From Stylophora pistillata (lineage: Eukaryota), in NCBI RefSeq assembly GCF_002571385.2, contig NW_019217784.1, positions 1,709,297 through 1,773,296 on the forward strand: DNA of 64,000 bases, given 5' to 3'. Of the stretch, positions 25,290 to 39,100 are shown piece after piece. Both the position numbers and the translations under genes were made by a program. Every line of letters begins with the position of its first letter. Positions within the stretch are counted from its first letter, which is position 1. Under the pieces are notes generated by a model, which worked only from the letters and a program-made list of their open reading frames with translations, did no database searches and had not been told where the DNA came from.

Positions 25290-25863
25290 ACCTTGACAAA
25301 AGTATGGGTAAGTGGTTCCCCAGCAAGACATTGTTACCTAAAAGTTATGAGAAAAAATTCTCATCCTCAAAAAACTTACCTGTGTGGGTGTGGAGTGAAA
25401 AGAGTTTTGATATTGTATATACCATGTTTTAAGCTGTGAGGGTGGGATTAGCTAGTGTATGGGACATTTCAATTCGTATTAATGACATAGAGGAAGTTTC
25501 AGGTGAGGCACGGTATGTTTTGGGTTTTGTGCGGAACATTAAGCACAGCAACCAGTAATTTAAAGTAGAACTGTACAAAATATTTCATATTCAGTGGTTC
25601 AGTCTGCAGAGTATGGCAGAACTTAACAAAGTCTTGTGCATGCAAAACGGATTCTTTAGCGAGAAATGTGTAGCAAGACAGGAAAAAATCATGCGTGCAT
25701 CTGCCATACTCTGAAGACAGGTCAGTGGTCATGTTTACTATATCCAGTTCATCTCCAGGCAGTTCTTTAAATTAATAAAGGCTGATAGTTTCGAAAGAAA
25801 CTGTTTGGGGCTGCGTCGGTGGGAGTAACGAAATAATTTGGATATATCAACAAAGTTGAAATG

Positions 25864-26407
25864 AAAAAACAAAACATATGAAATACATATATATGAACTG
25901 CGGTTATGAAACGTATATGTGCACGATCCTTCGCAGTAAAGCACCATTTAAGCAATAGTGAAAATCAGACCTGAAAAAAATTCAGGCCTGTACGGGATTC
26001 GAACCACTGACCTCTGCGATACTAGTGCAGCGCTCTACCAATTGAGCTAACAAGCCAACTGGGAGCAGGCCATCAAATTAATTCGACATAAACCCGTAAG
26101 ATGATAAATCAAACAACAAACATATGAAATACATATATATGAACTGCGGTTATGAAACGTATATGTGCACGATCCTTCGCAGTAAAGCACCATTTAAGCA
26201 ATAGTGAAAATCAGACCTGAAAAAAATTCAGAATTAATTTGGTGGCCTGCTCCCAGTTGGCTTGTTAGCTCAATTGGTAGAGCGCTGCACTAGTATCGCA
26301 GAGGTCAGTGGTTCGAATCCCGTACAGGCCTGAATTTTTTTCAGGTCTGATTTTTCTCTATTGCTTAAATGGTGCTTTACTGCGAAGGATCGTGCACATA
26401 TACGGAT
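25864..26407. mobile_element. tRNA-containing foldback retroposon inserted in a hammerhead/Penelope-type repeat (25788-26590)
   Basis: Inverted copies of a tRNA-like unit (tagctcaattggtagagcg...ctagtat...ggttcgaatcc); 12-bp direct repeat aaagttgaaatg at 25852-25863 and 26408-26419. Confidence 0.7.
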
Positions 26408-26710
26408 AAAGTTGAAATGGTAAATTGGCCACCGTAATGATTACAAAAGCTGACGTTTCGAGCGTTAGCCCTTCGTCGGAGCGAATAGAGGAATTGTGGG
26501 TTGTTTACGAAGGGCTAACGCTCGAAACGTCAGCTTTTGTAATCATTACGGTGGCCAATTTACCATTTCAACTTTGTTGATATATCCAAATTGTTCTTTA
26601 AATTATGCATGCTGTCCTTTAATCTTCCCGACCACTGAGCCAATATCATCAGGTCATGGTAAAGAGAGCAGTAACTTTTGTTTCATCGTCATTATTCGAT
26701 TTGTTTGCAG

Positions 26711-26760
26711 GTCAGCTGTGAGCTCAGATGAAACTGATCGATATTAAAAGGAACTCCCAA
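26711..26760 (+). other. Now non-coding homolog of the PHM-only terminal exon, downstream of the PHM-B stop
   Basis: gcag|gtcagctgtga...gatgaaactgatcgatattaaaagg matches gcag|gccagctttgatgaaagtgatcagcattaaaagg at 42700; both read xQL* in phase 1. Confidence 0.6.
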
Positions 26761-28209
26761 GAACTACCTTTTTATATTTTCGCGTTAGTTGTACCTTACC
26801 TGTGATCAGATTTAAGGCGGAGCAAGGACCTCTATGGGACATTCTGTCTAAGAAATCATGTGTTGTCAGATGTATGCCTATAACTTGCTTTTGGTGATAC
26901 CAAGAGAAAATCAGTTCAACTAGGTTCACATGTCCACCTCACAAAATCAAAATTGGAAACTATACTTGCCCCTTTGTACAGAAAAAGATATTACGTCTCA
27001 GCTTCAGACCCCAGTTTTTAGACTAAAAAATCACTTCTATGGACCAGTTTCATGGAAACCGTACGAAAACTACTCTCTGGCGCGTCGGACCGCCAGCGTG
27101 GATTTGCAAGACAGAGGAAAGTTGGGGAGAGGATAAATTTCCACCGGAGCGGGGTCCCTACGAAGTGGCTGATGAGGATATAGGAAAGATCCAACTCAGA
27201 AAGTATACCTCATTGTTAAAAAGAAAAGAAAATTAAAAAAGAATAAGAAATTTTGAGGACTATTTTTGAAATTCGGCATTATTGCACATTTTTCCGGTAA
27301 GTTTATCAACAAGCAAATTATGTGTAGTCATAATTTATTCCCCCTTTCTGGAGAGAAAAAAATGATACCTCCTTGTCGATCAGTTGAGTACCAAAATCAC
27401 AGCTTCTGTTTTAGTGTGTTTTTTCAGGAAGATGTTTCCAAGTTTAAGAAAAGAAACAAAAATTTTCCTTTGACTTCCAGCTGTGCAGTATTATTAGTGT
27501 AGCTCACCCAACTATTTTTTCATACAGAACTGCTAACTTGCCTCTGTTGTTGGTGTTTTGTCTCACACTTACGAATTGGTCAACAGACGTTAACAAGCGA
27601 TTTCTTTGAAATAAACTTAAAGTTTTTAATTTTAGGAAGTGTCGAGTATTTCTGTTACCTTCCGTTATGAGGGTCTAAATCTCACTATCATATAAGTGCG
27701 AGGTTTCCCTTCCTAGCGTAAATATAATGGATACTGGCATCAGCTGCTCGAATGGTTTAATTATGCTTTTTAGTATTATTGAATTTATTATATTATATTT
27801 TAGTATTATATGTTTTGTAAATAGCTCTGTAATTCAGCCATTTTGTATATTGCTGCAATGAGTCTTAATAAACAGTTTATAACTGTTTGATATCACTGGT
27901 AGTGAGCACAGCTGATATGGGGATAAATATCATTCGAGTTTCGCAATAAACTGGTACATTTAAGGTAAGTTTCATACGAGAGGCTATACATAACGCCCTG
28001 GTCATATCGCCACCGGTGGCGATTAGACTCTCAGTGGTGGCGATTGGACTCTCAGTGGTGGCGAGTTTGTTAGAGGCGATGTTATTGCAAAGGCAAATTG
28101 ATTGTTTAGACCTCAACAGCTTGGGAAATATGTGGAATTTATTTCTGCACTCCTTCTTTCTAGAAGCAAATAGAGTCAAACTGAAATAGACAAATTACAA
28201 TCGCTTTCA

Positions 28210-28762
28210 GGCACTGTGCCGTAGTGTGCCTGAACTAATTCAAACAACAATTCGCCGTACCAGTATGGCAATCAATTCCACGTTATCTGTCTGACAGAAT
28301 TGAATCCATACAGAAGAGGGCGCTTAAGATAATTTTCCCATGTACCGATAGTTACTCAGAAGCCCTCGAGTTAGCACGGGTGGAGAACCTTGCGTATAGA
28401 AGAGATAAGATATGTAAAGAGTATATGTGCAAAATGAAGGACTTAAACCATCCTCTCCATCCTCTTCTACCAACACGCTAAGACGATATCTGTCCCTATA
28501 ACCTCAGGCATAAATCAGACCAGTTGTATCTTTACAGAAACGTTACTACCTGTAGAACGAAGCGCACCGAAGACTTTTTAACTTTTAAGTGTTTTTAACA
28601 AATGTGATGTATGTTCCGTGTAGTGTATATAACTTGTACTTAATGTATGCAGAAATGTACCCAGTCGTTCTTAGTAAGTTTTCATTGTATCATAACTGGT
28701 TAATTCAGTAAGTTACTGCAAGGGAGTTTAATAAACTACTACTACCACTACTACTACTATTA
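28210..28762 (+). mobile_element. 3' fragment of a CR1/L2-group LINE
   Basis: IESIQKRALKIIFP...YSEAL...HPLHPLLP...YNLR...CRTKRTEDF, then AATAAA and a (cta)n tail. Confidence 0.7.
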
Positions 28763-30105
28763 ACAACTATGTTTTAATTGTACTTACAATTCTGTATTCC
28801 TTTCCCGGAGTAAACCTTGTCCCCTGTGCAGTTTCGAAGTGCGTGTTCTCTTTTATAGAGATATACCCCTTGGGATGTTACATAACTAGACAGGTCACGT
28901 GGGTGAAACCCAAGGATAATTTCGTGCAAAACATTGATCGTAAACCAGCGTTTTTTTCGTTAAAGCGATCCGTACTCTGTTTCATAATCTACTCAAATTC
29001 ATGCTTTTTCGCATCTTCTGATTTCCTAACATCCTGAGTGTGTGGGCGTTGGACGAAAAATCGAGGGAAACTATGGAGATCTACCACGCAGGGTAAAAAA
29101 CGCGATTAGCTGACGCAAATAAGGATTCAATGAAAATATCGGAAGCTAATTTCGTGTTAATCAAAGTTTAAATTCGCGCTTCCTTGGCAGCCAAGTCTTA
29201 AGATAAAAAAGTATAAGTCAAAATGGTTGAGGAGAAATTTTATGCTTCAAAAACTTCAGAGTAGAATTGAATAAAAAGAAAGGAGACTTATGTGATGGGT
29301 TTTGAGCGCTCAAGTATTTTATCTTTTGCTTTGTCGAAATATGGATGAAGGAGACAGATTTTTGTTAGCTGGGATGGGAATACAGATGTATAAACAGTTT
29401 TGTTGGATGAATATCGATCTGGAAGCCGAATTTTAAGTCACAAATAAATTTCGAATTATCTCAAAAGCCGAAAATGGCTTGGAACAATTGGAGAATACAA
29501 TACAGTTTGAATACAGGGCAATCATGAACGCCATAGGAAAATACTAAATAGTATTTTACTCATTTGCTTGCTATGCGTCGTATCTAGGAAGATCAAACAG
29601 CTAAGAAATTGCGTCGTATCTAGGAAGGTCAAGCAGCTAAGGAGTTGCAAAATTTCACCCAATTTTTTATTTTTAGAAGAGTGTTTCGTCTTTAATTTCA
29701 AATTCGAAAAAAGAAACTACTTTTACAGCGATCAAAACACTTCGATATTCCCCCGTAAGCTGACGATTACGCTCATCAGCTGTCACAGGTGAGAAACCTT
29801 CAACAATGGACCAATCACAGGTCTGTCTGATTAATTTTTTTTTCCGCTCCACTGCATCATTTCGCGATGAGAGTTCGCATACATAACTAACAAAGGGTAG
29901 AATGGGGTACATTGGCGGGTGTCTTCGTAGATCACAAATTAATAAACAGAGAATTGTTCTGTTTCCCTTTTCATATTAGAAGAAGATATGTTGTGGAACA
30001 TCAAGGGAATTTAACGCGCTCTCGGATTCAACGATATTCTACGGTATTTTACGAACAGGGAATTGAACGGTGTTAATTTTTGTTTCCCTGTTATACAAGA
30101 TCAAA

Positions 30106-33100
30106 ATGATCGGGAAATTCGCCTCCGTTTTCTTTTGGACCGTTCCATTAATAACGATGGCTATCTCCTACGGAGACTACGATGAACAGTTGAGAGATTA
30201 TTACGATAATCTGTACCAAAGATCGTCTGTTAAAGAGCAAGAAAGTGAAGGCAAATCTTCAGAAATACTGAAGCTTACCATGCCTGGCGTTCATCCAACG
30301 AAGGTAAGCGGTGCTTTCTTTAATTATCCCTTTTACAGATTATTTTTCGAGCTCTTCGAGTTGATATCTCAGGGAATTTCATTTTGGAAACAGTTAGAAT
30401 TTTTTATAAGATGTTATAGCTGAAAACGAGCCCGAAGGATTCATTTTACGGGAAGAAATGATTAGTTTGTTCCACTTAATCTTCCCGACTCATCCGAATC
30501 TCGATCGTCTTCCATGGTTCAGTTATTTTCTATCACCTGGTTTCGATGGGCGGCTAATTATTTTTTATATATTTCGCCTTGTTACACTTGAAGAAAAGCT
30601 AATCCGGAGTTTTTAAAATTTTTTCTTGAATCTTATAGAAGGACATAAAGAGGAAAAGACAGAGTGTACATAGTAGTTTTGTGAACGTCAAGATCGTGTC
30701 CTGAAATTTTTTCCATGTTTGTGCGCCAAAATTAATTGCTCGAAAGTGCAAATCGTACGTAAAAGTTTAACAGAGAATGATTTAAAGCCTCGATCTTTGT
30801 GAGTACAACAGTTTCTCCGTTTTAACCAAATAGCTTGAATTTCAACAATAATAATAATAAAATGGAGGAGATGTTTGTCGAATGAATTTGGCAGTTGACC
30901 GCAGGCATATTCATAAGCTAAGCTTTTCATGTGCTGTCAATTATATTTCATTCAATTAGCATAATCATTTTCCGTACAGCTGTTTCTCTTAATTTATTCT
31001 TGTGTGAGCGATTTTTTTTATTTTTTGGAAACCGTATGAACCACAAATGGAATGAGAAAAAAAAATTACGCAACCTAAATATGATTGATTTTAAGTGAAT
31101 TCGAATGAGAGGTTTATTTTTTTAATAAAAATCCAGTGAGTTTGACAAAGTGATGCAAAACACCACCGAAAAATTAAACTTTCTTCATGCAACAAGAGAT
31201 AACAATAACTCAAGTGCTGGATGACCGTGAAGAAACTGTTTTATATCACGCTTGCTTGCTTTGTTTTTTTGTGGAAAAGCTCGACACTTATTTCACCAAA
31301 TAAATATTGTTTTACTCAATATTAATAACTTTACATATGATGCACGATCCTTTGCAGTAGATAGCGCTATTTATGCAATAGCGAAAATCAGACCTGAAAA
31401 AAATCAGCCCTGTACGGGATTCGAACCACTGACCTCTGCGATACTAGTGCAGCGCTCTACCAATTGAGCTAACAAGCCAACTGGGAGCAGGCCATAAATA
31501 GCGCTATCTACTGTGAAGGATCGTGCATCATACGTATTTAATACCGCAGTTCAAAATATATGAACTTCATACATTCATTGTATCTCATTTATCATCACGG
31601 GTTTATTACGAATCAACTTAACGGCCTGCTCCCAGTTGGCTTAATTGTTAGCTCAATTGGTAGAGCACTGCACTAGTATTGCAGAGGTCAGTGGTTCGAA
31701 TCCCGTACAGGCCTGATTTTTTTCAGGTCTGATTTTTGCTATTGCATAAATAGCGCAATCTACCGCGAAGGATCCTGCATCATAGGTATTTAATACCACA
31801 GTTTAAAATATATGAACTTCATATATTCATTGTATCTGATTAATAACTTTCCTGCAAGTCTTTACCAGTTCAACTTCTGTGCCATTAACATAGATTATTT
31901 AATAGAAATGGAGAGCTTTATCCTAGTGATAAAAAGAGGATATTTATACCAAGAGATGTGAATTGAAAAATCTTGTTTATAACATCTGGGCTCATCACTA
32001 ACGTTTCAACTTACTAGTCAAGTGGCTAGTGACAACTTAGATGTTACAACAATTTCAGTCTGTTTACTAGTCAAACTGGCAAGTGGAAATCGAAAACCAC
32101 TGGCCAAAACTGAATTTCTATTAGTCTGTGACTAGTGGGCTACCATCAATGTTGAGCCCTGTACGTGCATTAAATTTAAAAATAATTTGTAAATAATGTT
32201 AAGATATATACATGATATGTGAAATTCTTGAATGAATGAAAATGAATTATTTTTTAGGGATGGTTATCAGTCATTCAGTCATATTGTAGATATATTGGGT
32301 GCTGCAGTTTTAGTTTGCAATTCATACAATATAATTATATTGCAGCATGATACCTACCTATGTACTGCTGTGGATCTCAGGAACAAGAAAACATACATAG
32401 GTGGGATATTTATTATTAATTTTACTTTTGTGTAACTGAGACTAAGTTTTTGATGAGAAGGAAAAAAGTAAAGATCAGGGTTTGGTTCTAAAACAATATC
32501 TGTGCATTATTAATCATTGTGGACGAATACAACGGGGCAGGTTACCAAGAATTTGTTGATAGATAAGAAGTTCAGTGTTGTTGATGTGAAATGTATGAAG
32601 AAGAGCTGAAAATTGAAGGATGATACAAAGGCTGATAGGATACAGTTCTAACGGGGAGGAGTTGGACAAGCATAGCTCTGGGGTGAACATTATATGGCAT
32701 ACATTTCTATAATGTTAGAACATAACCATGTCATTATAAACACCTTTGCACAGAGCTGAACAACACCACAATTAACAGCTTTCTGTCTTAATCATTTCAG
32801 CTGGATTTAAACCTCATGCTGAAATGCACACAGCACATCATATGTTATTGTTTGGATGTCCAACACCAGGACAAAATGCTTTAGCAAGTGAAGGAAAATA
32901 TTGGTATGTTAAATTCTTAATCAAATGTCGATATGCTAGAGGCATTAAAATTTGTATGGCCAAAATGTAGTAAATTTTATGGCACATGGCTTTCATTGTA
33001 GGAGAAAGCACTGGTTGAAAGATTTTGCTTTCCGGTTCCTCTTTACACTGCTTCTAATAACGTACCCTGTTAAGACAATTTTTTAATTTATTCAGTGCAA

Positions 33101-36100
33101 TCACATTTTCTCAGATCACCATTCTGACAAGAAGAGCTTTAATTTATAGAAAGTAAAGCCAGGTATGAGTATTGCTCAAAATGTTTTGAAAGTTCTTGCT
33201 CTCTGATCAAGTCATCTCATGTAAACAGTGTTGTTGTGCAATTAAAGTTATTAAAAATAAATAAATACATGCAATATGCAAAGCTTTTATTCCCCAGTAC
33301 TGTTTATTTACATTCTTAAAAGAAAACTTAGTTTAAATGTTGCAATATTGTGATGAAAAGTGTTGTAATATTGCAGTACAGGCTTTAAACAATAGTTGAC
33401 TATTGATAATTTGTTAAATGAATGCTTATTAAATATATACTTAGATAATTGTAAGAAATAGACAACTTTTTTGAGAGAAATGTTTCGGCATGCTTATGCC
33501 ATCTTCAATCAATGAGTAACAGAATGTGAGTAGATGATAAGTGGATGAATAAAATATTTACAGTATGATGTAATACAAAAACAGGTACTAATTGCAACGT
33601 GACACCAAACATCAAAGGTGTGAACTAAAATGCAAGAAAAGTGTATAATGCTGTAATTGTTTGCTAAGTTCAGGTTTGATCTTATTTATATAAAAAGCTT
33701 CTTTGAGTTTGACATCAATTGAGTTGTTAGCAGAATCCAGAATACTAAAGCAAGAAAGGGAGTATTTGTTCTTGCAAGAAGGAGATGTGTTGAAATGCTT
33801 AAAAATATGTGAGCTTTTATCGCTCTCCATGTGCTCCTTTATCCTAGTAGAGAAGTGGCGACTAGTTTCGCCAATATAACGGGAATTACATCCTGCACAA
33901 GAAAATTGATAAACTACCATGGCTTTTAGATTTTTGCCACTACTACGACCTTATGGAAATACTTAGATAAGTTCTTAATTTCTAGGAACTGCGGTGATAT
34001 GGGATCTGGTGTATGTCGTGGTGCTGGGGAGAGAATATTGTATGCTTGGGGAAGAAATGCTCCTGTATTGAAGCTGCCAAAGGGTAAGGCCAGGAAATAA
34101 CTTGTTCCTGTTGTCATCATCATCACATCACATATCTTCCTAAAGGTAATGGAGTGTTGGCGGGGGAGGGGGGGGGTTGAAGTGGCTCACTGTATACCCT
34201 GCCAAACACATTCCTCCACTCAAATTACAGTTTATTGGCTTAAGAAAACCTTTTTGCATTCTTTGTAAGCAGTAGTGTCTAGTTTGTCAACCATCTGTTT
34301 TTCTTGAAAAGAATTCATTAACAGGCAGTCTTTCAAATGCAGTTGTTACTTGTACACAATGGCAGTCAGGCAGATGAAAATGTCATAATTACTAAAAGAA
34401 GGAATGATCTAAAACCACCTACAACCATCTAAAACCACCTACAACCACCCACAACCACCACCTGTAACCATCTAAAACCACCTACAACCACCTTCAGGAT
34501 ACTATTGTGTGACAATTTGTGACAATGTAAATGCACACTGGAAATGTTGTTGCATGTCTCGCATGTCATGACCAGGGAAAACAAGAGAATTTTTTACACG
34601 TAGTTACTAAAACAAGGAATGACCTACAGTGAGCTACTGTAAGATCCCTGCAATGAAGTAAATGAAGATTTTAGAAAAAAGGCGAAAAAAAAAAACAAGA
34701 GACGTGTGCATTAATGTAACGTATTTGAATTATGTGTGCATTAACATAACAGAATTTTTAGCTTGGAGATAAATTTACGGTGTATTATAATGAGACATGT
34801 CTAATGACGATAATGATAAAAAAATGCGAAAAACCTTTGGCTCAAGATGTCTTTGAGGGTCTTATATAAGAAGCCTCCCATAATTTTACACTTTCATGAG
34901 GCTATGAGTCATATTTGGCCTGTCAACACCTTTTTCTCATTGATATTTTCATATCAAAACCCTTAATAAGGTCACATCACAGCACCGCGAGACTATGAGA
35001 TGTATTTGGCCTGCCAACACCTTTAACTCATTGATATTTTTAGAGAGCAAAACAAAAAGGCCATCACACCATCATGGGGCTAGAAAGTCACGCAAGCCAC
35101 GCCACAATTTTTCGTAACACTCACAATAGCTCCCTGTAGGTCATTGTAGCTCATTGTAGGTCATATTGTAAATCGTTGTGGATCATTTTAGGTCAGTCCT
35201 TGTTCCCACGGTAGCTCATTGTAGGTCATGGTAGGTCATTCCTTGTTTTAGTAAAAAATTCTCTTGGTGTTTTTCCCTGGTCATGACATGTGAGACATGG
35301 GACAACATTTCCGGTGTGCATTTAAATTGTCACAAATTGTCACACAATAGTATTCTGAAGGTGGTTGTAGGTGGTTTTATATGGTTGTAGGTGGTGGTTG
35401 TGGGTGGTTGTAGGTGGTTTTAGATGGTTGTAGGTGGTTTTAGGTCATTCCTTCTTTTAGTACTTACGATGAAAATGTAGGTTAAGAACATATATTATGT
35501 TTTTGGTCACAAATTCTTCAACTGCAGTAGACTTTGATAATTACAGTTGTTGATTTGATTTTATAGATGTTGCCTTTGAAGTGGGTGGCAAAGTTGGTGT
35601 CAATTATCTTGTACTTCAAGTTCACTATGGAAAAGTGGACAACTTTGTGGGTGAGTTTTATGATAACTGTCTACTTCATGTCCCTCCTGACAGGGATTTA
35701 AGGCCAACAGAAAAATTTTTTAAAATTTCTTGTGAGTGTGCATCTGAGGTATATGTTTGAACTTTCCACAGCAAATACTTCTCTAAAAGACTACTCAGGA
35801 GTGGATCTTCAAACTACAAGAGTGCAGTAAGTACTTTTATGGGTTAATTGCTTCCTAGGTAGTGCAGGAGTCAGGGCAGAGTGACACCTAAAACTCACCT
35901 TAAGTAGCTGGTCATACATTGTTTAACCTATTAGTTGTCATGGAAAGATAATCACAAACTGAAGACTGAGGTAAAAAGACTTGGTGTTGTCCAAGTGCTG
36001 GTTTAAGTACCAATAACTAGAGAAAACAAATACTTGCTGTATCAAAGACAAATGGGCTGCTATTATTTTCTGAAATAGCTTTATAAGATTGCTTCCCCTC

Positions 36101-39100
36101 CCATAAATTTCTCTTTCTGTCGTCTTCTCTTCCTTCATATTTAGCCATTCTAATAGCCATTTGTACACAAAGCTTACAAATGACTATTAGAATGGGGCAG
36201 AATATGCGAATGTGTCACTTACTCAGATGTAAACAAATCGATATGTCAACAGCAGACCAATAATTTTGATAGCAACCTTCCAAAATTATATGGGAATGCC
36301 TCTATCACATTTCCAAAGTATTATGCTGCAACATTAAAATTTAACTCAACCTTTTTGTTCAAAGGAGTTTCGAGTTTAATTAAAATACTCGTAGCAGTTA
36401 GCACATGTGTAACCGAGTTAAAGCTCTTTGAAAGACTAAAGGTGTAACTATGAGTGAAGACGCTTAATGCAATTGCTTTTCCGCGATCATCTTTCGCCAT
36501 CATTTGCATTATTGTGGAATATTCTTCGCCATTCCTGGGTATATTTTGTTTTTAACAAAGTGTCCAAGCCATAGTCATTCTTAAATACATTTTTAAGCCT
36601 TCATTCTTCTCACTGCGAGCTGAAAATGCTTAATGCAATCGCTTTTCTGTGATTATCTTTCACCATCATTTGCATTATTGTGGAATATTCCATGCCATTG
36701 CTGGGCATGTTTTATTTTTAACAAAGTGTTCAGGCCACAATTGCTCTACAATTTCAAGCCTTCATTCTTCTCACTGTGAGCCGTCAGTATTTATATCGTT
36801 ATCTATCGCTAAAATGAGTAAGCGGCGAATTTTTATAGGGGAATGCGAAACATTGTTTTCGTGACTGGCCAGTTGTTTACTTTTCTGATGGTTTTACATC
36901 TGATCTGTTTGGTGACTACACAAACATTAATTTGTAAAAATCATTGTGTGTACACCCCTGAACGTTAAAAATATATCAAGTCGAAGGAACAGTTTTGGTC
37001 CAAGTCCACATTTTTGACAACAAAATTTAAAATATATTCATATTGGTTTAAAAGGTGAAGAGTTCGTAACACATACAAAAGCTGTCTTTTTTTCTCAATA
37101 CTGACATCTCGCGCACAAAATGAGAAGACTATATGACAGCTTGAAATTCTATTTGAGAACGATTGTGGTCACTTTTTTAAAAACAGAATTCAGTGGTCAC
37201 CTTGTTAAAAACAAAATATGCAAGGAAACAGGCAAAGGAATATTCCCAAATAGTGCAAATGATCATGAAAGTGATTGCTAAAAGGCAATTGCATGACACT
37301 CAGTAAGTTGTAAGATGACAAGTCATATGTTATCAAGTGTCTGACAAAATAACAGTTTTCAAAATTTCCAGTCTATATTCTGTGCCCAATCTGCATTCTG
37401 CAGTCTGCATTTTGTACCTAGTCTGCATTTCGTACCCGGTTTGCAGTCTCTATTTTGTACTGACCGATAGCTAAAATGTGAATTCTGACCATTCACCCAA
37501 CATCACCCCAGCAGTTCAAAGTAATACCAAGTAGTTTCAACTGTATCTGGGAGTCACTCATTGGAATTTAATTATGTTCAAAACTCATTCAAATGCAATG
37601 TGTCCATGACTTATTCATAGTTTCCTTTGATTGTTTTCTGTTACCTTTCCTCCCTTCCTTCTTTTTCTCTGTACCCTTCCCTCCCTCCTGTTCTTTTTTC
37701 TTCACTCACCCCCCTGTCTTTCCTACATCATCCCTTCATTTCAGTTTCTGCTTCTTTTCACCTTGCTTGCTTCCTTCCCTCTTTCTTTTTGTTCCCTTCT
37801 TTACCACTTTGTCTTGTGAGGAAATAGTCACAAATAAAACAGATTCCCTTGCACCTCCTGCTACATGTAGGCCGCAGTACAAGGCTGGCATCAAGATCCT
37901 GGCTGTTAGTTGGTCACTTGTTCCACCTAAAAAACAAGGTTGAAATAATGAATTAAATTACTATGAATGTATTTTGAATTATAACATAAAATCAGTCACT
38001 ATAAAACAAGTAAACTATTTTTAAAGTGACAACTTCAAAGTATAAAATGTTTATTTCAGAAATTAAACGCGACAGTAAAACTCAGGTTTTAAAAAATAAA
38101 GATCAATTTTTTATTGCATGATATTAAGTGTATAACTTGCCTAATGCTCTCTCCTTTTCTTTGACTAAAATGTCTAAATTGTTTTCTGAAACTAAATGTT
38201 GTTTGGACATGACATAAACTAAAATCCACAAATTTTCAAAAATGCATTCAATTGAAGGACTGGTATTTAAACTATACATATAAAAGTTCTAAAATCTAAA
38301 AATGTTATTTATGACTTTTCATCCTGTTGTCAAATTTCCATTCATCAGTTAAGAGGTTCTTGTAGATCAAAATTACTGCAGTTGTTTCTGCAGTAAGTTG
38401 AAGATAAAAACATAATTAGTATTAGCTACATGGTGGAACACCAAAAAAGGCTAGTCAATGGCCAGTCTGATGCAAATCTTTGTAATTATAAAACTGTTGC
38501 CAACAAAATGAGTTGGTGATAATGTGGTGACTTATTCACTTTCCTCTTTGAGATGCCAAAGAAATCATTTCCACATGAAGTCTGTTAATCTAGGTATAAG
38601 AGCTGGATTTTACTCTTAAATTTGCACTTTCTATGGTGATTACACCATCCTTCAAAGAACTTTGAAACCTAAAATGTGGCTTAATAGCCAGATTGGACTG
38701 GTTGTGTGTTTGCAAGATATTCTTCACTTCAATCTTTCTGTTTTTTTATTTCTGACAGTCTCCTCTCCAACAAAGTACATAAATGCTTTCCCATTCACCC
38801 ATCAAAATTGTCAGCATCTTAATTTTGGTGTCAGTTAATGGCTGACCTGTTGTCTGGGGCAATGCAAACACTGTGACTTTTTGGTCTAAAATAATCATTC
38901 CTCTTCTAGCCTGCAGTTAGTTTTTTTTTTTGTGTGTGATTTTGCTTGTAGTTTTAGGTGTCTTAATTGCTGTTGTTACTATTTGTTTGAATGTAGCATT
39001 GTTATATTTGTTAGTGAGGAAAGTTTCTCATGATATCATGATTGGATTTGTGAAACAGCTTAATACTTCACACTAGGGCCAAATAAAGCCACAACTGAAT

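Noticed and set aside
26260-26335. Apparent tRNA-Thr(AGT) genes (also ~25985-26060, 31410-31480, 31640-31715)
   Set aside because: Embedded in TSD-flanked foldback repeats with imperfect stems; treated as tRNA-derived repeats
26930-27236. Possible linker/PAL remnant downstream of PHM-B
   Set aside because: No recognisable similarity to the PAL exons by eye
37593-37827. Hydrophobic F/L/S/P-rich ORFs (also 41038-41274, 42335-42658, 43280-43630)
   Set aside because: Low-complexity pyrimidine- or GT-rich intronic tracts
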